A stretch of DNA of 64,000 nucleotides from an uncultured delta proteobacterium (GTDB lineage Bacteria; Myxococcota; Myxococcia; Myxococcales; Myxococcaceae), in the NCBI GenBank assembly GCA_963796055.1, contig CAWCKH010000004.1, positions 1,216,001-1,280,000 on the forward strand. Direction: 5' to 3'. This document shows, one piece after another, positions 9,695 to 19,808 of the stretch (position 1 is the first letter of the stretch; every line of letters begins with the position of its first letter). Below the pieces are notes generated by a model that ran no database searches, was not told where the DNA came from, and saw only the letters and a list, made by a program, of their open reading frames with translations. The position numbers and the translations under genes were made by a program.

Positions 9695-10541
9695 GCGCAA
9701 GGTGCGGCGCCCGGCAGTCGCCGGGTCCTTCTATCCGGCACACGCCGAGGCGCTCCGGAGCGCGGTGGACCGGCTCGTGGAACAGGCGACTCCGCCACCC
9801 ATCCACGGCACGTTGCGGGCGTTGATCGCGCCGCATGCGGGATACGTCTACTCCGGGCCGGTCGCCGCCAGCGCCTATGCCGTGCTCGCCAGGACGTCTT
9901 CGCGCCCTCACCGGATCGTCCTTCTCGGCCCATCGCACTACCTCCCCTTCCATGGGCTGGCGCTCCCGGAAGCCGAGGCCCTCGAGACCCCGCTAGGAGT
10001 GGTGCCTGTCGATGCTCTCGCTGCATCGCTCCCCCAGCGCTTCTCTCAGGTGGTCCGGCTGGACCGCGCGCACCAGCGGGAACACTCGCTCGAGGTGCAG
10101 CTGCCCTTCCTCCAGTGCGTGCTCCCCGAGGGGTTCACCCTGGTGCCGATGGCGGTGGGGCGAGCCACGCCCGAGGAGGTCTCGGAGGTGGTCGAGCTCG
10201 CCTGGAGCCTGCCCGGCACGCTGGTGCTGGTGAGCACCGACCTGTCGCACTACCTGCCCGCCAACGAAGCTCGCCGGATGGACACCCGGACGTCCCAGCT
10301 CGTCGCCGCCGAGGACGTGGAGGCCCTGGATGCGGAGATGGCGTGCGGCTACCACCCGCTCGCAGGCCTGATGCACGCCGCGAGGCGGGCGGGGTTCTCC
10401 ATCGAGCTCCTCGACCTGCGCAACTCGTCCGACACCACGGGAGATCCCCACCAGGTGGTGGGCTACGGCGCGTTCGCCGTGGTCGAGAACCGGAGCGTCA
10501 GTCCTCGTACCGATCGTGATGGCGTACCCAGGCCTGGGTGA
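9678..10541 (+). CDS. amrB: AmmeMemoRadiSam system protein B (MEMO1 family)
   Basis: VRRPAVAGSFYP, PHAGYVYSG, EHSLEVQLPFLQ, STDLSHY, VVGYGA. Confidence 0.9.
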   Translation: MPSNPERKVRRPAVAGSFYPAHAEALRSAVDRLVEQATPPPIHGTLRALIAPHAGYVYSGPVAASAYAVLARTSSRPHRIVLLGPSHYLPFHGLALPEAEALETPLGVVPVDALAASLPQRFSQVVRLDRAHQREHSLEVQLPFLQCVLPEGFTLVPMAVGRATPEEVSEVVELAWSLPGTLVLVSTDLSHYLPANEARRMDTRTSQLVAAEDVEALDAEMACGYHPLAGLMHAARRAGFSIELLDLRNSSDTTGDPHQVVGYGAFAVVENRSVSPRTDRDGVPRPG

Positions 10542-10589
10542 AGTCGAGGACGTCCTCGTCGCGACCCTTCGGAACCAGGTCCAGGTAGA

Positions 10590-10958
10590 ATCGGCCTGGC
10601 GGCGGAGCTCGAGCCACGACCCGGTGGGCTGTTCCGGGTCGACATGAATCGGCGGACCGTCGTGCGGGGACAGTACGTGACGGTGGACCCGCCGCGGCGA
10701 GTGGTCTTCACCTGGGGACACGAGGACGGGACGGTGCTTCCCGCCGGTTCGAGCACCGTGGAGATCGTGCTGACCCCTGATCAGGGCGGAACCCGGGTCC
10801 AGCTCCGTCACTCGAACCTCCCCGAGTCCGAGCAACCAGCCCACCGGTTCGGCTGGGGGCACTACCTCGCTCGCCTCAAGACGCGGGTGGAGGGTGGTGA
10901 TCCTGGTCCGGATCCCTACGCAGTCCCGGATGCCGTCCACGGTTCCGGCCGCGTCTGA
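10590..10958 (+). pseudogene. SRPBCC/AHA1-like protein, apparently 5'-truncated
   Basis: Homology-like sequence (IGLAAELEPRPGGLFRVDM...VDPPRRVVFTWG...GWGHYLARL) extends upstream of the first ATG (10644). The in-frame amrB stop at 10539 leaves no room for the usual N-terminal strand and helix. Confidence 0.6.
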
Positions 10959-11000
10959 TCCCCGGCAGGCCGACTGGACCGAGGCCCCGACCTTCGATTC

Positions 11001-11447
11001 CTACCGGGGCAGGCTCGAGTCCTCGGCTGGCCGTCTCTGCACGCCGAGCAGCAGCGCCACCGCATGGCCAGAAGCGAGCACGGCCTGACGGGATAACCCC
11101 ACCCGGGGATCCATCGACTGAACGGGGACGCTGCAGATCCACGCCTCGCCGTCGAAGCCGAGTCCACGGGCGAGCTGTACCACCCGGGTCGGTGTGACGC
11201 CGTGGAGAGGATCGCTGGCCTCCATGGCCACGGGCTGGAGGGTCACCTCCCGCGCCTTGACGTCCGCGTCGACGAAGACCACAGCCTCGTACCCGGGCAG
11301 CTCGACGGCGAACTCCGGGAGCAGGGCGGGCGCGGTCCTCAGCTCCAGCCACCCGACCCGGGCAGCGCGGAGCAGGTCGATGACGAAGGGACCGACCCCG
11401 TCGTCACCTCGCAGCGTGTTTCCGATGCCGACGACCATCGTGCTCAC
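11001..11447 (-). CDS. hoxW: Hydrogenase maturation protease (HoxW-like)
   Basis: [15 protein letters not shown] and VVFVDA motifs; directly downstream of hoxH. Confidence 0.85.
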   Translation of the reverse strand: MSTMVVGIGNTLRGDDGVGPFVIDLLRAARVGWLELRTAPALLPEFAVELPGYEAVVFVDADVKAREVTLQPVAMEASDPLHGVTPTRVVQLARGLGFDGEAWICSVPVQSMDPRVGLSRQAVLASGHAVALLLGVQRRPAEDSSLPR

Positions 11448-11450
11448 GAC

Positions 11451-12876
11451 TCACCTCTCCTTCCTGGCCAGCAGCTCGCCCCCAGGCCCCCGCACCTCGA
11501 CCACCATCGCCATCTGCCCGAGCGCGTGGGTGGAGCACGACAGGCACGGGTCGAAGCAGCGGATGGCCGCCTCGACGCGGTTGAGCATGCCCTCGGTCAG
11601 CGCCTCGGGGTTCACGAAGCGCGCCGCGGCCTGCTTCACCGCCTGCTGCATCGGCCCGGCGTTCTGCTGGGTGGCGATGAGGAGGTTGGCCTTCTTCACC
11701 TGCCCCCCGAGGTCCACCTCGTAATCGTGGAACAGAGTGCCGCGGGGCGCCTCGCAGCAGCCCACTCCGGTGGTGTGGTTGGGGCGGGCCCAGCTCCGGA
11801 TCCGCGTCCACTGCAGCTCGGGCTCGGCGAGGGCCTGCTCGATGCGCTCCACGCAGTGGAGCATCTCGATGAGCCGCGCGTAGTGGTAGTGGAACGACTG
11901 CGACACCACGCCCTGCTTGCCGAGCCAGCGAAAGTTGACCAGCTCCGCGTCCGCCTTCGGCGTACCGGTGGCCTTCACCACGTTCAGGCGGGCCAGCGGC
12001 CCCACCCGGTACATCCCCTTCTGCTCGCCGAGCGGGGTGTAGAAGGTCGGCTTGACGTAGGTGTAGGGCTCCGAGACCTCGCTCAGGTAGCCCCGGTACT
12101 GCCGCGGGTCGAGGCCTTCGGCCACCACGGCTCCGACGGAGTCCACCAGCCTCAGCGTGCCGTCGTAGAACTCGAGATTTCCGTCCTCGTCCACCAGGCC
12201 CAGGAAGAGGGAGGGGAAGTCGCCCAGACCGGCGATCTCCGCGCGGAGCGGCTCGAAGGTGCGCTTCAGCCGGTCGAGCGCGAGGCGCATCGACTCGTAG
12301 AGCTCGGGGATCCACGGCAGCAGCTCGTCCACCGCGCTCCGGGTGACGCCGCTGGTCACCCCACCGGGCACTGACCAGCCGGGGTGGACCTTGCGCCCGC
12401 CCACCAGCTCGATGGTGCGCTGCCCGAACTGGCGGAGCCGGATGCCCCGGCGGACGAAGTCGGTGTCGCTGCTCGCCATGGCGAAGAGGTTCCGTCGCGC
12501 CGGCTCGGCATCCATCCCTACCAGGAGATCCGGGCTGGAGAGGTGGAAGAATGACAGCGCGTGCGACTGCAGCACCTGGGCCCAGGAGGCGAGTCGCCGC
12601 TGCTTCACCGCCGCCACCGGCACGTCGACGCCGAGGATGCGGTCGCCGGCCTTCGAGGAGGCCAGCGCGTGCGACACCGGGCAGATGCCGCAGACCCGGG
12701 CCATCAGTCCCGGCATCTCCTCCAGCGGCCGGCCCTCGCAGAATCTTCTCGAAGCCGCGGAACTCGACGATGTGAAAGCGCGCGTCGGTCACCTTCCCCG
12801 AGCCGTCCACGTCGAGGGAGATCTTCGCGTGGCCCTCGATGCGGGTGACCGGGTCGATCAGGATCGTCTTCGCCAT
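11451..12876 (-). CDS. hoxH: NAD-linked bidirectional [NiFe]-hydrogenase large subunit, split by a +1 frameshift at 12744
   Basis: N-terminus [13 protein letters not shown]...FRGFEK in one frame; [25 protein letters not shown] (L1) and [10 protein letters not shown] (L2) in another. Removing one base joins the two. Confidence 0.9.
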
Positions 12877-12880
12877 CGCC

Positions 12881-13417
12881 TCACCCGAACCTTCGCTCCA
12901 GCCGGGGGACCCGACCCTCGAGGAGCGCGGTGATCGCCTCCCAGATCCGGTCCGCGCTCGGCGGGCATCCCTGGAGCCAGAGGTCCACCTTCACCACCTG
13001 GTGCAGAGGCTTCACCTTGGGGAGCAGCCTCGGCACACCCGCGTCGCCGGACGGCACGCCGTGCACCACCGCCGACGTCTCGCGGTAAGCCCGGTCGAGC
13101 ACCTCCTGGACGGGCCAGACGTTGCGCATCGCCGACACGTTGCCCGTGACCGCACAGTCGCCGAAGGCCACCAGCACCTTCGACCGCTGACGGACGAGGG
13201 AGAGCATGTCCACGTGCTCCTCGTTCACCACCGCGCCCTCCACCAGCGTCACGTCCACGTAGGGGAAGTCCCTGGTCTTGGTGTCGACCAGCGGCGAGGC
13301 GAGGAGGTCCACCTTCCCCGCGAGCTCGATCAGCCGCTCGTCGAGATCCAGGAAGGACATGTGGCATCCCGAGCAGCCGCCGAGCCATACCGTGGCCAGC
13401 TTGACCTTGCCGCTCAC
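12881..13417 (-). CDS. hoxY: [NiFe]-hydrogenase small subunit
   Basis: [39 protein letters not shown] overlap with hoxU. Confidence 0.9.
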   Translation of the reverse strand: MSGKVKLATVWLGGCSGCHMSFLDLDERLIELAGKVDLLASPLVDTKTRDFPYVDVTLVEGAVVNEEHVDMLSLVRQRSKVLVAFGDCAVTGNVSAMRNVWPVQEVLDRAYRETSAVVHGVPSGDAGVPRLLPKVKPLHQVVKVDLWLQGCPPSADRIWEAITALLEGRVPRLERRFG

Positions 13418-14133
13418 GGCACACCCCACTGCTTCCGCTCGCGCCCGTAGACGATGTACTTGAGAAATCGGCGGTCCTTGGTCATCTGGCCCACGCCCGC
13501 ACCCTTCACGAACAGCGCGCCGGTCGGGCAGACCTGGACGCACTTGCCACAATCGGTGCAGGCCTCCGAGTCGCCCCAGGGGGCGGCGAGGTCCGCGACC
13601 AGGTGGAGCTTCTCTCCGCGCCCCGCCATGTCCCAGACGTGCGCGCCCTCCACCTCGTCGCAGGTGCGGACGCAGCGGGTGCAGCTGATGCAGCGGTTCA
13701 GGTCCAGTCCGTAGCGCTCGTGCGAGAGGTCCACCGGGCGCGCCGGGTTCCGATAGACGACGCGGACGTGGTCCACCCCGAGCTCGGCGGCCATCTGCTG
13801 CAGCTCGCAGTGCCCGTTGGAGACGCAGACCGCGCAGACGTGGTTCCCCTCGGCGAAGAGCAGCTCCAGCAGCAGCTTGCGGTACTCGCGCAGCTGGGGC
13901 GTGTCGGTGTGGACGACCATCCCCTCCTCGACCTCGGTCATGCACGCGGCCTGCAGCCGCGCCCGCCCCTCCACCTCGACCAGGCAGAGTCGGCAGGCGC
14001 CCACGTCGGTGACTCCGCCGAGGTGGCAGAGCCGGGGAATCTTGATCTCGTTGTGCCAGGCGACCGTGAAGATGCTCTGACCGGCCACCCCGGTGAGCAT
14101 CCGCCCGTCGACGGTGAGCGTCTTGACGGTCAT
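13414..14133 (-). CDS. hoxU: Bidirectional hydrogenase diaphorase Fe-S subunit
   Basis: [33 protein letters not shown], two CxxCxxC..CP ferredoxin motifs. Confidence 0.92.
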   Translation of the reverse strand: MTVKTLTVDGRMLTGVAGQSIFTVAWHNEIKIPRLCHLGGVTDVGACRLCLVEVEGRARLQAACMTEVEEGMVVHTDTPQLREYRKLLLELLFAEGNHVCAVCVSNGHCELQQMAAELGVDHVRVVYRNPARPVDLSHERYGLDLNRCISCTRCVRTCDEVEGAHVWDMAGRGEKLHLVADLAAPWGDSEACTDCGKCVQVCPTGALFVKGAGVGQMTKDRRFLKYIVYGRERKQWGVP

Positions 14134-15740
14134 GGCCCCGGGCGCTCCTTCCTCATCCGGGCGGCGAACTCCTGGGGGAAGTACTTCAGGGCCGTCATCA
14201 CTGGATTCGGTGCGCTCTGACCGAGGCCGCAGAGGCTGGTGTTGCGGAGCAGATCGGCCAGCGCCTTCAAGAGGCCCAGGTCCTCCTCGGTCGCCTCGCC
14301 GTCGCAGAACTTCTGCAACAAGAGATGCATCTGCACCGTGCCGGCCCGGCAGGGGACGCACTTGCCGCACGACTCGTCCCGGCAAAACTCCATGAAGTAG
14401 CGGGCCACGTCGACCATCGAGGTGCCCTCGTCCATGACGATCAGCCCACCCGAGCCCATCATCGAGCCCATCGCCACCAGCGACTCGTAGTCGACGGGAA
14501 CGTCCAGTAGCTGCTCCGGCACGCACCCGCCCGAGGGGCCGCCGGTCTGGATGGCCTTCACCTTGCCGCCGCCGGCGATGCCGCCCGCCATCTCCACGAT
14601 CCGCCGCACCGGCGTCCCCATCGCCACCTCGATGAGGCCGGTGAGCTCGGTCTTCCCGGCGACCGCGAACACCTTGGTGCCCTTCGACTTCTCGGTCCCG
14701 ATGCTGGAGAACCACTCGCCGCCTCGATTGATGATCGGGGCGACGTTGGCGAAGGTCTCGACGTTGTTGATCAGCGTGGGCTTTCCCCACAGCCCCTTCT
14801 CCGGCGGGTAGGGCGGCCGGGGGCGAGGCTCGCCGCGCTTGCCCTCGATGCTGGCGATGAGCGCCGTCTCCTCCCCGCAGACGAAGGCCCCGGCGCCGAT
14901 CCGGATCTGCACCGAGAAGTCGAAGGTGGTGTCGAGGATGCGCGCGCCGAGCAGCCCCTCCTTCTCCGCCTGCTTGATCGCGGTCTGCAGCCGGCTGATG
15001 GCCAGGCCGTACTCGCCCCGGACGTAGATGTAGCCGTGCCGCGCGCCCACGCCGTAGGCGGCGATGGCCATGCCCTCCAGCACCCGGTGCGGGTCGCCCT
15101 CGAGGACGCTGCGGTCCATGAACGCGCCCGGATCCCCCTCGTCGGCGTTGCAGACCACGTACTTCACGTCGTTCTGCTGCTTGGCGACCAGCTGCCACTT
15201 CACCCCGGTGGGGTAGCCCGCGCCGCCGCGCCCGCGCAGCCCGGAGCGCGTCACCTCGGCCACCACCTCGGCGGGCTTCATCTGGGTCAGCGCCTTGGCC
15301 AGTGCCGCGTAGCCACCGGCGGCGACATACGAGTCGATGCGCTCGGGGTCCACCCTGCCCGCGTTCTCCAGGACGATCCGGAGCTGGCCGGCGAAGAAGG
15401 GGTGCGTCTCGAAGCTCACCTTCCGCGCCTGCAGCGAAGCGGACGGGGTTCCGTCGACCAGCGCAGGCGCGTCGTCGCCGGCCACCTGGAGGAAGAGCGC
15501 GCCGTCGCTCTCCCGTCTCACCAGCGGGCCCTTGCTGCACAGGCCCATGCAGCCGGTCCCACAGACCTCGACCGACTGACCTGCGGCCTTGGCGCGAGCC
15601 TGCATGCCGGCCTCGAGTTGATCGCTTCCGATGGCCTGGCAGCTGGCGGCGGTGCAGACGTGGAGCCGTTCGCGGAACTTCGCGATGCGCTCCCGCTCGG
15701 CGTCGGCGCGGTCCAGAAGATCGTCGGGGTTCATGCCCAT
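14130..15740 (-). CDS. hoxF: Bidirectional hydrogenase diaphorase FMN/NAD subunit (NuoF-like)
   Basis: N-terminal 2Fe-2S domain, SGLRGRGGAGYPTG, CNADEGDPGAFMDR, ESCGKCVPCR. Confidence 0.92.
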   Translation of the reverse strand: MGMNPDDLLDRADAERERIAKFRERLHVCTAASCQAIGSDQLEAGMQARAKAAGQSVEVCGTGCMGLCSKGPLVRRESDGALFLQVAGDDAPALVDGTPSASLQARKVSFETHPFFAGQLRIVLENAGRVDPERIDSYVAAGGYAALAKALTQMKPAEVVAEVTRSGLRGRGGAGYPTGVKWQLVAKQQNDVKYVVCNADEGDPGAFMDRSVLEGDPHRVLEGMAIAAYGVGARHGYIYVRGEYGLAISRLQTAIKQAEKEGLLGARILDTTFDFSVQIRIGAGAFVCGEETALIASIEGKRGEPRPRPPYPPEKGLWGKPTLINNVETFANVAPIINRGGEWFSSIGTEKSKGTKVFAVAGKTELTGLIEVAMGTPVRRIVEMAGGIAGGGKVKAIQTGGPSGGCVPEQLLDVPVDYESLVAMGSMMGSGGLIVMDEGTSMVDVARYFMEFCRDESCGKCVPCRAGTVQMHLLLQKFCDGEATEEDLGLLKALADLLRNTSLCGLGQSAPNPVMTALKYFPQEFAARMRKERPGP

Positions 15741-15741
15741 C

Positions 15742-16224
15742 TCAGGCCCCCACCTCGTCCAGCTGCTTCTCCAGCGCTGCCACGGAGAGCTTGGGAAGGA
15801 TGCGCCCGTCGAGCACAACCAACGGCGCGAGCCCGCAGGAACCGATGCACCGCGCCTGCTGGATGCCGAGCTTCTCCGGCTGGCCCCGCGCAGCGACCGC
15901 CTGGCAGCGCTTCCGGGCCGCATCGAGCAGCGACTTGGACCCGGCGACGTAGCAGGCCGTACCGGTGCAGACGAGCGCAGTGTGCTCGGCCTTCGGCTGG
16001 AGCGAGAAGAAGTTGTAGAAGGTCGCCACCCCGAGCACGCGGGACGGCGGCAGCTTGAGCTTCCGCGCCACCTCGCGGAGCCGGTCCATGGAGAGGAAAC
16101 CGAAGAGCTCCTGCGCGGTGTGCAGCACCTCGATGAGCGCGTCCGCGGCGTAGCCCTGGCGCGACATCGCGCGCTCGAAGAGCTTGCTCCGGTTGTCCTT
16201 CACGGCCTGAGCCGTGTCCGCCAT
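15742..16224 (-). CDS. hoxE: Bidirectional hydrogenase 2Fe-2S subunit (NuoE-like)
   Basis: ALIEVLHTAQELFG, GVATFYNFF, CTGTAC...CIGSC; GGAG RBS before ATG 16224. Confidence 0.9.
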   Translation of the reverse strand: MADTAQAVKDNRSKLFERAMSRQGYAADALIEVLHTAQELFGFLSMDRLREVARKLKLPPSRVLGVATFYNFFSLQPKAEHTALVCTGTACYVAGSKSLLDAARKRCQAVAARGQPEKLGIQQARCIGSCGLAPLVVLDGRILPKLSVAALEKQLDEVGA

Positions 16225-16256
16225 GTGTCTAGTCTCCCGGGCTGCGACCCCATTCA

Positions 16257-16273
16257 TTCAAGGGGCGTGCCGG
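16257..16273 (-). promoter_or_regulatory. sigma54 -24/-12 promoter candidate for the hox operon
   Basis: Minus strand CCGGCACG-CCCC-TTGAA, about 33 nt upstream of hoxE. Confidence 0.55.
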
Positions 16274-16417
16274 GGCGCGTCAGCCGGAGATCGGCCGCGC
16301 CGGGACATCCGGACGCGCAGAATCCGCGCGCGGGGGCCAGGTCGCTCCCCGGCACGCGGACAGCTCGGCGCAGCTTTCGTGCTCGCCCGGCCGCCTAGGA
16401 GACCTCGGCCCGGGGGC

Positions 16418-17083
16418 TCACGGCGCCACGCCTCGCGACGCCGCGCGCAGCCGGACGATCATCGTGTCCAGCGCTGCCTCGGCGGCGGCCCGCTCCTCGA
16501 GGTACTGAGTGCGGAGTGCCCGCAGCTCCTCGATGAACGCCTCGGGCCGGACCCGCGCCCGCGTCGTGCGGAGCCGGGATTCGGCAAGACGAGCCATCAT
16601 CTCGGTCCGCCGGGTCTCGAGCTGCTGGACAGCCAGCGCCGCCGCCAGCGCCTTTCGGTGACTGCCGTAGACGATGGCAGCCAGGCCGATGCGCCAGGAG
16701 ACGTCCAGGAAAGCGATGAAGGAGCGCACAGCGGCGGACTCGCTCCACCCGTGGAACGGCGCGTGGAGCCCCCATGCGTGACTCAACGCCACGGTCGCGG
16801 TCGCCACGGCCGCCGATCCGAGGAGGACGACGGCCGCGTAGGTCCAGGCCCGATGTCCCCACCTTGCCGATGCCTTCTCCGCGAGGAGAAAGCCAGGAAC
16901 GAAGCAGACCGCCGCCAGGAACCACAGCAGCGTAAACCCTCCGAGCTTGATGGGAATCTTGGCGAGGGGAACATGCGGTGGCACGTAGGTCAGGAGGACA
17001 GCCAGGAACAACGCTCCCGCCATCACCAGCAGCGAGCGGAACGCGCCAGGAGTTGCAAGCGCGCCTGGGCGGGCCCCCGTCAC
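16418..17083 (-). CDS. Membrane protein with degenerate LytS-type dimerisation/His domain (pseudo-kinase copy 2)
   Basis: About 4 TM segments, then ARVRPEAFIEEL aligning with kinase AQIEPHFLFNTL; no HATPase domain; GTGA overlap with the upstream kinase. Confidence 0.65.
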   Translation of the reverse strand: MTGARPGALATPGAFRSLLVMAGALFLAVLLTYVPPHVPLAKIPIKLGGFTLLWFLAAVCFVPGFLLAEKASARWGHRAWTYAAVVLLGSAAVATATVALSHAWGLHAPFHGWSESAAVRSFIAFLDVSWRIGLAAIVYGSHRKALAAALAVQQLETRRTEMMARLAESRLRTTRARVRPEAFIEELRALRTQYLEERAAAEAALDTMIVRLRAASRGVAP

Positions 17084-18126
17084 GCGGCAAGCCTGGGCGT
17101 AAGAGGTAGACGGAGCGCGGCCCGGATACCTCGTGGCTCGTTCAGGCACAGGGTCAGCCTTGCCGCGTCGCCATAGCGGAGCGCCAGCCTGGAACGAACA
17201 TTGGCCAGCCCCGTGCCGCCGCCGCTCCCGGGGGCCATGCCCGCGCCGGTATCGGCGACCGTGACCATCAGGGCAGGACCCGAGGCCTCGGCCCAGAGCT
17301 GGATGGTGCCACCCTCGAGCGAGGGGGCGAGCCCGTGCTTGATCGCGTTCTCGACCAGGGTGAGGAGCACCATGGAAGGGAGCTCGCATCGAAGGAGCTC
17401 CTCGGGGAACGAGATCTCGAAGCGGAGCCGCGGGCCGAACCGAGGCCGATGCAGCCGGAGGTACGCGCTCAGGAGCGCACGCTCCTGCTCCAGCGTGGTG
17501 CTCTCCGACCGGAGGCTGGGGAGTGACGTCTCGAGGTACTCGATGAGGTCCGTGAGCATCTCCAAGCCTGCCGCCGGGTCATTGCGTTGCAGCTGACGGA
17601 CGTTGGCCAGCGTGTTGAAGAGGAAGTGTGGCTCGATCTGGGCCTCGAGCAGACGTGCACGGGCCTCCTGTAGCTCGACCTCGAGGCGGGCGTTGCCCTG
17701 CCGCGCCTCGTGCTCACGCGCCCCGGCACGGACAGCGCGACCATGGAGTTCCACCGCACCGGCCACCAGCGCGAACTTCAGCGAGATGGCGAGCGAACCG
17801 TGGATTGCGGTCCTCCAGTCGAGCGACACGTGGGTGAAGTAGAACGGGAGGCTGAGAGCGGCGGCGGCCGCGGAGTACAGCGCGAGACGAGGAAGTGACA
17901 GCGCTCGCCCGGCCACCATCCGCCGGCGCACCAGCAGGACGAGGACCAGCATGGGCAGGAATCCCAGGACGTCGAGTACGAAATAAACGGCCGCCGCGCT
18001 GAGCGAGAGCTGCCCCGCCAGGAAGTCCGGCGTGAGGTCGATCGCGCTGTCGAGCGCGGAAAAACCCAGGAGCAGCGCGACGTCGAGGCGCGTGGCCGAG
18101 GACGCGAATCTCCAGATGCGGCCCAT
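17080..18126 (-). CDS. LytS/YehU-family sensor histidine kinase (copy 2)
   Basis: AQIEPHFLFNTL H-box, TLVENAIKHG N-box, VADTGAG, GTGLANVRSRL. Confidence 0.9.
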   Translation of the reverse strand: MGRIWRFASSATRLDVALLLGFSALDSAIDLTPDFLAGQLSLSAAAVYFVLDVLGFLPMLVLVLLVRRRMVAGRALSLPRLALYSAAAAALSLPFYFTHVSLDWRTAIHGSLAISLKFALVAGAVELHGRAVRAGAREHEARQGNARLEVELQEARARLLEAQIEPHFLFNTLANVRQLQRNDPAAGLEMLTDLIEYLETSLPSLRSESTTLEQERALLSAYLRLHRPRFGPRLRFEISFPEELLRCELPSMVLLTLVENAIKHGLAPSLEGGTIQLWAEASGPALMVTVADTGAGMAPGSGGGTGLANVRSRLALRYGDAARLTLCLNEPRGIRAALRLPLTPRLAA

Positions 18127-18390
18127 TGCGAACCCCTGCGCCGTCCGATGACGGTCAGACTCTACCGCTTCGAACCATCGACGGGATGCGGCAACCGGGG
18201 CGCCGGACCCGGAGGGTGGATTCGCCCCCCACCTCGTCCATCAGGCCGGAGGAGGGGTTCGTCGGCCCGGAGCGGCTTCAGGTCGGGTCAGCCTCCAGGT
18301 CACCCGCGGAGGGGAGTACGCGTTCGACGGGGTGCCGCGAGCAGCCCTTCCGGAGGCGAAGAGCAGCTCCCCGTCCCTGCTGCCCGGCGC

Positions 18391-19137
18391 TCAGAGATGC
18401 CGGAACCGGTGGGCGTACGCCTGGCTCACGGGGATACGTTCCGGATGCTCCCGCAGGACAATCTCCGTTGTTCCGCCCGCGACCTTCCGCACCGCGAGGA
18501 TGGCGCGGAGGTTCACCACGTAGCTCCGGTGCACGCGCCAGAACGCGTCGGGGTCCAGCTCCTCCAGCAGCTGCTTCAGCGGGCGGGAGACGAGGTGCTC
18601 GCGCTCGCGGGTGACCGCGGCCGTGTACTTGTGGTCCGAGCGGAAGAAGAGGACCTCGTCGGTGGTCACGAACCGGAGCTCGCGGCCTTCCAGCACGCTG
18701 ATCCAACGGAGCCGCCGGCGGCCTTCCAGCGCCTTCCGCAGCTCTGCCAGTAGTGGCTCGAGCACCGCCGGAGTCTCCCCAATCCGCGCCTGGAGCCGCG
18801 CGACCGTCCGGCGAAGGCGCTCGACCGAGAGCGGCTTCACCAGGAAGTCGATCGCCCCTTCCTCGAACGCCGGGACCGCGTGCTCGTCGTAGGCAGTGAT
18901 GAACACCACGTGACTCCGACCACTGGCGCGACGCGCGACCTCCAGCCCATCCATTCCGGGCATCGCCACGTCGAGGAAGAGGACGTCCGGGTGTTGCTCG
19001 TCGACCACCCGCGCGGCCTCGAGCCCATCATCGACCTCGGCGCAGATGTCCAGCTCGGGCCAGAGCCGCTCCAGCGCCTGGCGAACCTCTGCCCGGAGCG
19101 CGGGCTCATCCTCGGCGATGAGCGCGCGTGGCCTCAT
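18391..19137 (-). CDS. LytTR-family response regulator
   Basis: AEDE, FLDVAMP, FITAYD, LVKP receiver motifs; FWRVHRSYVVN and IPVSQ LytTR motifs. Confidence 0.93.
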   Translation of the reverse strand: MRPRALIAEDEPALRAEVRQALERLWPELDICAEVDDGLEAARVVDEQHPDVLFLDVAMPGMDGLEVARRASGRSHVVFITAYDEHAVPAFEEGAIDFLVKPLSVERLRRTVARLQARIGETPAVLEPLLAELRKALEGRRRLRWISVLEGRELRFVTTDEVLFFRSDHKYTAAVTREREHLVSRPLKQLLEELDPDAFWRVHRSYVVNLRAILAVRKVAGGTTEIVLREHPERIPVSQAYAHRFRHL

Positions 19138-19808
19138 GGAGCGACCCTCGCCGTGGCGGCCCGCAGGCGTGAGATGAGCGCTTCCAGCCCCGCGCCTCCG
19201 GCAGCCGGGTCCTCGACGTAGGTACCGCGGAGCGCTCGGAGCTCGGCGATGAAGGCCTCCGGCCGTACGCGGGCGCGCGCGGCCTCCAGCCGCGATGACG
19301 CGAGGCGTCCCAGCATCTCGTTTCGTCGCGACTCCAGGGCCTGGACAGTCCGGGCTGCCTCCAGCCGTTCCCGGTGACCGGCATAGACGAAGGCCGCGAG
19401 GCCCATGCGCAGGAGGAGCACGCGAAATGCGTTGAACTCCGGCGCGACCGGCGAGCCGGGGGGCGCCCAGGCCTGCGCCGGAAAGCCGAGCCAGCCGCAC
19501 AAAAGAATCGTGAGCGCTGCCACCAGCGCGGACCCCACCAGCACCAGGACCGTGTAGGGCACCGCTCGGCCCCGGGAAGTCGACGCCCGCTCGGCCAGGA
19601 GGAATCCCGGGACGAAGACGAGAACCGCGAGAATCCAGAGGAGCGCCCACGGAGTCAGGTGAATGGGGATCTGACTCGGCCGGACCCCATGCACGAGCTT
19701 CATGAAAGCCCTCTGGCCAACGAAGACGAGAAACAGCACCGCCCCCATGAGCAGCAGCGAGCGGGCGCTCCCGGGCGTCGATGTCTTGCTCTGGCGGGTG
19801 GTCGTCAT
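19134..19808 (-). CDS. Membrane protein with degenerate LytS-type dimerisation/His domain (pseudo-kinase copy 1)
   Basis: Paralog of 16418-17083 (shared FVPGFLLAE and RARVRPEAFI); ATGA overlaps at both ends. Confidence 0.7.
   Translation of the reverse strand: MTTTRQSKTSTPGSARSLLLMGAVLFLVFVGQRAFMKLVHGVRPSQIPIHLTPWALLWILAVLVFVPGFLLAERASTSRGRAVPYTVLVLVGSALVAALTILLCGWLGFPAQAWAPPGSPVAPEFNAFRVLLLRMGLAAFVYAGHRERLEAARTVQALESRRNEMLGRLASSRLEAARARVRPEAFIAELRALRGTYVEDPAAGGAGLEALISRLRAATARVAP

Noticed and set aside
11404..12743. C-terminal part of the 490-aa ORF beginning MAKTILIDP
   Set aside because: Out-of-frame read-through caused by the hoxH frameshift.
12740..12750. Programmed ribosomal frameshift in hoxH
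   Set aside because: No slippery motif is evident and I know of no precedent. An error or mutation is simpler.
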